Below, piece by piece: positions 57,778 through 64,000 of a DNA stretch of 64,000 bases; position 1 is the stretch's first letter, and every line of letters begins with the position of its first letter. This DNA is from an uncultured Atopobium sp. (GTDB taxonomy: Bacteria; Actinomycetota; Coriobacteriia; Coriobacteriales; Atopobiaceae). The notes under the pieces were generated by a model, which did no database searches, was not told the DNA's origin, and saw nothing but the letters and a program-made list of their open reading frames with translations. The stretch spans positions 29,542 to 93,541 of the forward strand of contig CABSWT010000003.1 in NCBI GenBank assembly GCA_902481575.1. Reading direction: 5' to 3'. Made by a program: the position numbers and the translations under genes.

Positions 57778-58461
57778 ATGATGAGCATTCTTGATACGCT
57801 AAGAGCAAAGCTTCGTGGTGGTCAGGACGATGAGTACTACGACGATGAGTATTATGGCGACGAAGGCTATGACGAGGTAGACGAAGCTTCTCCTCGTTCG
57901 TACGATGATCGTGCACAGCAAGGCTCTTCCAACAGGCTACTGGGCAATCCATCCAGACCAGAGGCAGAGAGTGTTTCTGTGTATACACGCTCTGGCAAGC
58001 CAATCAGCACAAATCCAGCCGCTTCTTACAATCCTCAGCAGGATATGCGCTCTCGCGCTTCTGCGTATGCATCTCGTCAGGAGCCTTCCGGATACACTCC
58101 TTCTTACGAGCATACCGTGAGCCCAAATCTGCCAACTCCTGGTGATATTGGTCTTCGTCCTGTGAGCCGTACAAGCTATTCCGGACAGCTGCCACCATAC
58201 GTTCTTCGTCCTGTTTCTTATGATGATGTTCAGTCGGTAGTTCGCCGTGTTCGTACTGGTCAGCCGGTTGTCCTTATCTTTAAGAACACCAACATTGAGG
58301 TTGCTAAAAGAATTTTGGACTTCAGTTTTGGTCTTTCTTATGGACTTGACGGCGCTGTTGAAGAAGTTGCTGACCGCGTTTTTGCTGTACTTCCTCATGG
58401 CATTTCTTTATCTCAGTCTGATCTGGATAAGCTTGCTGATGAGGGCGAGATTACCAGGTAA
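57778..58461 (+). CDS. sepF: Cell division protein SepF
   Basis: 'PVSYDD...PVVL...AKRILDFSFG..YGLDG'. Confidence 0.85.
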   Translation: MMSILDTLRAKLRGGQDDEYYDDEYYGDEGYDEVDEASPRSYDDRAQQGSSNRLLGNPSRPEAESVSVYTRSGKPISTNPAASYNPQQDMRSRASAYASRQEPSGYTPSYEHTVSPNLPTPGDIGLRPVSRTSYSGQLPPYVLRPVSYDDVQSVVRRVRTGQPVVLIFKNTNIEVAKRILDFSFGLSYGLDGAVEEVADRVFAVLPHGISLSQSDLDKLADEGEITR

Positions 58462-58473
58462 CTGGAGGTTTTT

Positions 58474-58752
58474 GTGTTTTCGTATTATGTCATAAATGCG
58501 CTTTATACTTTGCTGAGGATTTACAGCTTCTGCATTGTGGTATGGTGCCTGTCCTCTTGGATTACCGTTTCTAACGACCAGTTCAATCACGTCCTTGAGG
58601 GAATTGGCAAAATTGTTGAGCCATACCTCAGTGTGTTTAGGAACGTAATTCCTCCAATTTCTGGCGTTGACCTCTCACCAATTGTTGCGCTTTTTGTGCT
58701 TAATCTTGTGGGACGTTTTGCCATTTCGACGCTGGGCTTTATACTAATATAA
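58474..58752 (+). CDS. YggT family membrane protein
   Basis: 'SWI', 'VEPYLSVFRNVIPP', 'DLSPIVA'. Confidence 0.88.
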   Translation: MFSYYVINALYTLLRIYSFCIVVWCLSSWITVSNDQFNHVLEGIGKIVEPYLSVFRNVIPPISGVDLSPIVALFVLNLVGRFAISTLGFILI

Positions 58753-58831
58753 GAAATTAGTTTGTTTTTGAATACAAACTGAGTAGTTATGATGTGTGGT
58801 ACGTCTACTCGCAGACTGAAAGGGAACAAAG

Positions 58832-59467
58832 ATGGCAATCACACCAGCAGACATCGAGCAGCAGACATTCTCTCCTGCTGAGACCGGCTACAATCCAGAG
58901 GAAGTTGACGCATTTCTTGAGCAGCTCTCTTCTGAGGTTGATGCAATGCTTCAAAAGATCGCTGACCTTAAGGGCCGTCTGACCAGCACTGAGCAGCAGC
59001 TTGCTGCAGCACAGGCTCAGGTTGCAAACCTTGAGGAGAACGCAAGCGTTCCTTCTGTTGAGGAGACAAACGCTGCAGCTATCGCTGCATCCGAGCACCA
59101 GATTTCTCAGGTTCTCATTGTTGCTCAGCAGAGCGCAGATAAACTTGTTGCAGACGCTCGTGCAAACGCTGAGCGTATCCGCAACGAGGCAGACCAGAAG
59201 GCTCGTGAGGTTATCCGTCAGGCTCTTGCAGAGAAGCAGACTGAGCTTGATGAGATTGATCGCCTCAAGCAGTCCCGTGAGGACTTCCGCGCTGAGTACC
59301 GTAAGCTCCTCCAGCACTTCTTGGATGACGCAGACTCTGTCTTCCCAGAGACTGTTCTTACCAACAATGCTCCAACTGGTTCCCAGAATGCTGCTCAGCC
59401 TGCAGCTCAGCAGACTCAGATTTCTGCACCTGCACCTGCAGCTGGTGACTTCAACGACCTTGACTAA
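58832..59467 (+). CDS. divIVA: DivIVA family protein
   Basis: ITPADIEQQTF...GYNPEEVDAFL plus coiled coil. Confidence 0.88.
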   Translation: MAITPADIEQQTFSPAETGYNPEEVDAFLEQLSSEVDAMLQKIADLKGRLTSTEQQLAAAQAQVANLEENASVPSVEETNAAAIAASEHQISQVLIVAQQSADKLVADARANAERIRNEADQKAREVIRQALAEKQTELDEIDRLKQSREDFRAEYRKLLQHFLDDADSVFPETVLTNNAPTGSQNAAQPAAQQTQISAPAPAAGDFNDLD

Positions 59468-59494
59468 GTCTTAGGTCATTACCTTTGTACTGAT

Positions 59495-59523
59495 AAGCGC
59501 CCAGCTCTGCTGGGCGCTTTTTT
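59495..59523 (+). terminator. Intrinsic terminator ending the dcw operon
   Basis: AAGCGCCCAGC-TCT-GCTGGGCGCTT plus T-run. Confidence 0.85.
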
Positions 59524-59549
59524 GTTATCAGTCGTCTTAAGCGGCAGCT

Positions 59550-60602
59550 TTATAACCCAGAAGTAAGCTCTTTGCAGAATGTTTGCTTTTGTTCTATATG
59601 ATGCACATCCTTTCTGTTTTCTCGCCCCTGATAGCGAGCGGGTACGCCTTGGCTACGCGCAGCTTCTGCATTTGTACTTGCAGTGAGTTCAGGGAGCCCT
59701 TGCCATACGCGTTTTGGCATCCAATGGGCGCGCAAGTCATATCCTCTTTCTGCAGGTCCACGACCCTCTAGACCAACTCCCTCATAGAAGCGCCTCCACA
59801 TGGCTTGCACGTATTTCTCGTCAGTTGCAAGGTCTGTTCTAGAGAGCAGTTCTTCCAAAGAGGCATCGTCCAGCTGAATGGTTCCAAAGGTCTTCATTTC
59901 TGGTGCATAAAAACTGACTATATGATGAGCTGGATCAACAATAAAAAACCGCTCTGTACTCATCCGTTTGACAAAGTAATTGCAGGTTAGTGGCACTACG
60001 TTTGCATTAGGCTGAAATACAGACATAAAAGAGCCATCTGACATGCGAGAAAACCGCACAAATTGCCGCGTATGCTCTCGTTCAGTTTCTACCTGCCTAG
60101 CCAGCGCATTAAATTCTGCCACGGTTGGGTCAGCAATATCTTCAAGCGCTCCTATGCCATAGGAGAATGCAAGACGGATGTACCTATGTACAATCTCTGG
60201 CATAGCATGAGCATCTGAAGCACATGCCAAAACAATGCGACGTGTTATTTCTCTTGTGCCTACTTTCTTCTCTAGTCCAGTAAGAACTCGTTTAGCCAAG
60301 GCTACTACGGAGTCATCAGAAGGGTCTGGTCCACAGAGAACATGTTCCCCAAGGCTAGGCTGACAAAAGTTTTCTCTAACAAGACGTACGTGTGCCGGGT
60401 TAGCATGTGAGAGATAAGTGAGTCCTACAGCCCCTACAACGCCTTCTAAGCTTGGATTACAGGAGATAACAACCTTCTGAGGCTTGGAGAGTCTTGTAAG
60501 TCTCTGAACAAGCGAGATAAGCTCTACGCTCTGATCAGAAGAGCCTGAGTTGAGAGGACTCAATACGGCGTCTTGTTTTGTTGTACGAACTTGCTTTGGC
60601 AT
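59550..60602 (-). CDS. TIGR03915/DUF4130-like putative DNA repair protein
   Basis: 'EREHTRQFVRF', 'PNANVVP..YFVKRM', 'WRRFY', 'HWMPKRVWQGLPEL'; overlaps the radical SAM gene. Confidence 0.8.
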   Translation of the reverse strand: MPKQVRTTKQDAVLSPLNSGSSDQSVELISLVQRLTRLSKPQKVVISCNPSLEGVVGAVGLTYLSHANPAHVRLVRENFCQPSLGEHVLCGPDPSDDSVVALAKRVLTGLEKKVGTREITRRIVLACASDAHAMPEIVHRYIRLAFSYGIGALEDIADPTVAEFNALARQVETEREHTRQFVRFSRMSDGSFMSVFQPNANVVPLTCNYFVKRMSTERFFIVDPAHHIVSFYAPEMKTFGTIQLDDASLEELLSRTDLATDEKYVQAMWRRFYEGVGLEGRGPAERGYDLRAHWMPKRVWQGLPELTASTNAEAARSQGVPARYQGRENRKDVHHIEQKQTFCKELTSGL

Positions 60603-61944
60603 CAGCAATTACCCTCTGTTTAATCAGTTCTTGGTCAAGTGGAGCTGAGGCATCCCTTACGCCACAGCAGGTGAGAAAGTGATGAGATCGTTTGAGCTGT
60701 ATTCCCAGCCGTTTAAGATCATCAAAGGTGAGGCGAGACCGTCTTCTTGCAGCAATAATTCTTCGTGCGCCGGTAGGGCCAATACCGGGCACTCGTAAAA
60801 GTATTTCTAGTGGAGCATCCATAATTTCTACAGGAAATTGATTAAGATGTGCCAGCGCCCATCCAAGCTTTGGATCAATTTCTAAATCAAGCCAAGGTGC
60901 TTCTGGAGAAACCAACTCATCAGGAGAAAACGCATAGTAGCGCATAAGCCAATCAGCCTGGTAAAGACGGTGTTCTCTACGCAGGGGAACAGGAGTGTCC
61001 AACTCTGGAAGACGATGGTCTTCTATAACAGGAATATAGGCAGAGAAGAATACTCGTTTCAATTCAAATTGTTGATAAAGCGCTTGCGATAAGTGCAATA
61101 TTTGATTGTCTGATTCTGGAGAAGCTCCAATGATAATTTGCGTTGATTGCCCGGCAGGCGAGAAGGACCTCTTGTTTGAAGACACCCTTGATGAGCGCAT
61201 AAAAGTATTCTTCAAGCAGTTTGAACGAAGAGCTAAACCTTCTTTTATGATCTGCTTCTGAGTAGGAATAACAATGCCCTTAGGTTTTCCAGCAGACTTC
61301 ACAATGCCCTTTGATGCATTTTTAGCTTCAAGCAATTGCCTTTCTTCAGAGACGCGTAGGCGGTGAATGAAAGACATGGGTTTAGTAACCGTTTCTGCAT
61401 TTTTGTGAGGACAAAGTTTAGTAAGTGAGGTTGAGCTAGGTAATTCCAGATTGACAGAGAGTCTATCTGCTAAGCGGCCAATAGCATCAATAAGATCTGG
61501 ATCTGTTCCGGGAATTACTTTTGCATGAACATAGCCGTTAAACAGCAACTCATTCCTAAGGTAGGAGAGGCATTCAATCATGAGTTCTGTGGTGTGGTCT
61601 GGCGATCCTATAACACCTGAGGAAAGAAAGAGTCCCTCTATGTAATTTCTTTTATAGAAATCTACGGTAAGCTCTGCTAATTCCTGTGGTGTAAAGGTAG
61701 CCCGCTTGGTTTGTGCAGAAGATCTATTGACGCAGTAAGCACAGTCATAACAACAAGCATTAGAAAGTAAAACTTTTAGCAGCGTAATGCAGCGACCATC
61801 AGGGGTAAATGAGTGACAACAGCCGGCCGCTGAGGCCATTCCTACCTTTCCTGCCTGCGGATCTCTGTCTACACCAGAAGAAGTGCACGCCGCGTCAAAT
61901 TTGGCTGCATCTGCAAGTATGGTGAGTTTATCAAGAGTATCCAT
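60535..61944 (-). CDS. Putative DNA modification/repair radical SAM protein (TIGR03916-like) with HhH
   Basis: KLTILADAAKFDAACTSSG, CCYDCAYC, YIEGLFLSSG, PAGQSTQ, REHRLYQADWL, RVPGIG. Confidence 0.9.
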   Translation of the reverse strand: MDTLDKLTILADAAKFDAACTSSGVDRDPQAGKVGMASAAGCCHSFTPDGRCITLLKVLLSNACCYDCAYCVNRSSAQTKRATFTPQELAELTVDFYKRNYIEGLFLSSGVIGSPDHTTELMIECLSYLRNELLFNGYVHAKVIPGTDPDLIDAIGRLADRLSVNLELPSSTSLTKLCPHKNAETVTKPMSFIHRLRVSEERQLLEAKNASKGIVKSAGKPKGIVIPTQKQIIKEGLALRSNCLKNTFMRSSRVSSNKRSFSPAGQSTQIIIGASPESDNQILHLSQALYQQFELKRVFFSAYIPVIEDHRLPELDTPVPLRREHRLYQADWLMRYYAFSPDELVSPEAPWLDLEIDPKLGWALAHLNQFPVEIMDAPLEILLRVPGIGPTGARRIIAARRRSRLTFDDLKRLGIQLKRSHHFLTCCGVRDASAPLDQELIKQRVIADAKASSYNKTRRRIESSQLRLF

Positions 61945-61968
61945 GGCAGCAACTTTCTACTTGAAAAT

Positions 61969-62040
61969 AGAACGTCTGTTCGTATACTTAGACTATCACG
62001 AATGGGAAAGAAGTAAAGAAAAATCTAGAACAAACGTTTG
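61969..62040. promoter_or_regulatory. Two LexA (SOS) boxes
   Basis: AGAACGTCTGTTCG (61969-82) and AGAACAAACGTTTG (62027-40). Confidence 0.75.
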
Positions 62041-62122
62041 TCATTTTAAAACCGCAGGAAGGATGTGAATGACGTGTGAAGGATGTATACTTTTCCCATC
62101 AGCAACTGCGGAAGGAATGGCC

Positions 62123-63547
62123 ATGAGCATACAAAAAAACAGCTCTTCACCATGCCTTTCTCGCCCTGTGAATTTACAGATTCCCACATATGCCTTGCGT
62201 GCATTAGAAGTTCTTGAAGATGCCGGATTTGAGGCGTGGATTGTGGGTGGCTGGGTGCGAGACGCCCTACGCGGCTCATTTGCCCATGATATTGACATCA
62301 CAACATCGGCAACGTGGCAGCAGAGCAAAGCGGCTTTTGAGGCTGCAGACATTCCTGTGCATGAAACAGGTATTGCATATGGAACCGTTACTGCTGTTGT
62401 CGAGAAGCACCCTATTGAGGTCACAACGTATCGCTGTGACGGAGAATATCTTGATGGTCGTCGTCCTGATTCTGTGCAGTTTGTCTCTCGTATAGAGGAA
62501 GATCTTGCTCGTAGAGACTTCACTATTAATGCAATGGCATATCACCCAAAGAGGGGATTGCTTGATTTTTATGGCGGTCAAGAAGATTTATCTGCACGTG
62601 TAATTCGCGCTGTTGGGGAGCCTAAGGTTCGCTTTACAGAGGACGCTCTTCGCATGCTTCGAGCATTGCGGTTTGCATGCAGACTCTCGTTTTCAATTGA
62701 GAAGAAGACACATCAGGCACTTACTGAGTGTGCGCCGCTACTCTCTCAGGTTGCATCTGAGCGTATTGGTTCGGAAGTGGCTCAGATTGTTGAGGCTGGC
62801 CATACTGCCCATGCTATCAAGCTGGGATTTCCTGTTCTAGCGATAGCAATTCCAGAGCTCTTACCACTTCAAAACTTTGATCAAAGAAGTCCGTATCACG
62901 CCTATGACGTGCTGGAACATACAGCTCGAGTCTGCTCTGCAACAGAGGCTCTTACAGCAGGGTGTGCTACTCCCGCTCTTAGGTGGGCTGCTCTTCTACA
63001 TGATATTGCAAAGCCAGAAATGTTTAGCGTTGACGCAGATGGAAGAGGCCATTTTTATGGTCATCCAGAAAAGGGCGCGGTTGTAGCAAAGGCGCTACTT
63101 AAACGTTTAGCTTTATCACAACATTTGAGCAATGAAGTTTGTGCTCTTGTAGCATTGCATGACTATGATGTGGATGTTACAACGGCGTCGCTTAGGCATA
63201 TGGTTGCCCTGTTAGCCGAGGCGAGTAAATCGGACGGCATTGCTCTTGCGTATGACCTCTTGACGTTAAAGCAGGCAGATGCTCTGGCAAAGGCAAATCC
63301 GTATCGCAGATACGCAGTAACGCTTGAAGCTATGAGGACCCTTCTCTTACATGAGGCAAAACGGGGAATTGCTCAGCGTCCACAAGAGTTGTGCGTTTCG
63401 GGCGCAGAAATTATAGAAGCACTTTCTCTTCAGCCAGGACCTGCTGTTGGTGTGTGCCAACGTAGGCTTTTTGAGCTTTATTTAGCAGGTCAAGTGAAGA
63501 ATAGAAAAGAAGATCTTCTCGCCATTCTTGCTCAGGGTAATTGGTAA
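62123..63547 (+). CDS. cca: CCA tRNA nucleotidyltransferase with HD domain
   Basis: VGGWVRD, DIDITT, RRDFTINA, EDALRMLRALRF, LLHDIAKP; start approximate. Confidence 0.9.
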   Translation: MSIQKNSSSPCLSRPVNLQIPTYALRALEVLEDAGFEAWIVGGWVRDALRGSFAHDIDITTSATWQQSKAAFEAADIPVHETGIAYGTVTAVVEKHPIEVTTYRCDGEYLDGRRPDSVQFVSRIEEDLARRDFTINAMAYHPKRGLLDFYGGQEDLSARVIRAVGEPKVRFTEDALRMLRALRFACRLSFSIEKKTHQALTECAPLLSQVASERIGSEVAQIVEAGHTAHAIKLGFPVLAIAIPELLPLQNFDQRSPYHAYDVLEHTARVCSATEALTAGCATPALRWAALLHDIAKPEMFSVDADGRGHFYGHPEKGAVVAKALLKRLALSQHLSNEVCALVALHDYDVDVTTASLRHMVALLAEASKSDGIALAYDLLTLKQADALAKANPYRRYAVTLEAMRTLLLHEAKRGIAQRPQELCVSGAEIIEALSLQPGPAVGVCQRRLFELYLAGQVKNRKEDLLAILAQGNW

Positions 63548-63690
63548 AAATAATAAAGAGTGCCAGATTTAATCAATAAAAAAGTAAGGCCTTTGTATTT
63601 TTATAGGTTCGGTAAAACGGTATAGTAGGCATAAAAAATTATCAGAGAGGCGTCATTTTATATGACGGATAGTGTCGTATGGGGGAGTTC

Positions 63691-64000
63691 ATGGGCGAGA
63701 AGCGCGATTATATTACGTTAGAAGTCATACATCACAATGCTTATGAACAGCAGCCTACAGAAGAACCTGAAGCTCCAGCGCCTTCTATTTCTCATATTCG
63801 TGCCGAAGCTCGTACTAAGAAAAGCGCAGCTACACGTAAGCGTATTATGCACGAGACAACTAAGCTCATGCTTGCTCGTGGAAATACCAACTTCAAAATG
63901 AGTGAGATTTCAGATCGTGCTCGTCTTTCAAAAGGTGCGCTGTATTACTACTTTTCCGATAGAGAGGCCCTTTTGCAGGCAATCTTTGACGAGAGTGTTG
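63691..64000 (+). CDS. TetR/AcrR family regulator (truncated by window end)
   Basis: Hand translation gives '...TRKRIMHETTKLMLARGNTNFKMSEISDRARLSKGALYYYFSDREALL'; GGGGAG RBS. Confidence 0.85.
   Translation, partial: MGEKRDYITLEVIHHNAYEQQPTEEPEAPAPSISHIRAEARTKKSAATRKRIMHETTKLMLARGNTNFKMSEISDRARLSKGALYYYFSDREALLQAIFDESV

Noticed and set aside
1122..63701. Chi or KOPS interpretation of the TTCTCGCC motif
   Set aside because: Orientation is nearly balanced (23 vs 19) in a window where most genes are co-oriented, unlike polar Chi/KOPS sites.

Overview
This 64-kb window is mostly core chromosome of a moderate-GC anaerobic actinobacterium. Gene content and order suggest Coriobacteriia, Atopobium/Lancefieldella-like (inference). 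Left to right it holds: the tail of an AT-rich ABC-exporter region; csoR-copA; adenosine deaminase and ADP-ribosylglycohydrolase; Zn-PLC, phosphoesterase and UDG-family genes; a CjaA-like cysteine ABC transporter; kdgT; an SGNH hydrolase; a dgt-like HD protein; rarA; DUF948-rsbW-sigB-AI-2E; alaS-ruvX-mltG-yqeG-aroK-aroB-like-pepP; an inserted manLMNO PTS; efp-asp23-nusB-xseB-tlyA-nadK-recN; pyrG-xerD; the dcw cluster (mraZ to ftsZ-pgeF-yggS-sepF-yggT-divIVA, without murE); a radical SAM/TIGR03915 pair with SOS boxes; a CCA-adding enzyme; and a partial TetR. No rRNA, tRNA, CRISPR array or transposase was recognised. The strongest unexplained signals are: (1) the octamer TTCTCGCC/GGCGAGAA, counted by eye at least 42 times against about 2 expected, in both orientations, in several reading frames and as intergenic inverted pairs, resembling a DNA uptake sequence; (2) a leaderless Cys-codon sORF with alternative RNA pairings before the cysteine transporter; (3) a pyrC-like start-site/SD hairpin before pyrG; (4) an internal RBS that could yield a free CopZ from the copA 3' end, plus a vestigial CsoR-controlled mini-unit; (5) a multi-stem RNA candidate before the ADP-ribosylglycohydrolase-add genes; (6) pseudo-enzyme-like AroB and RsbW homologues.
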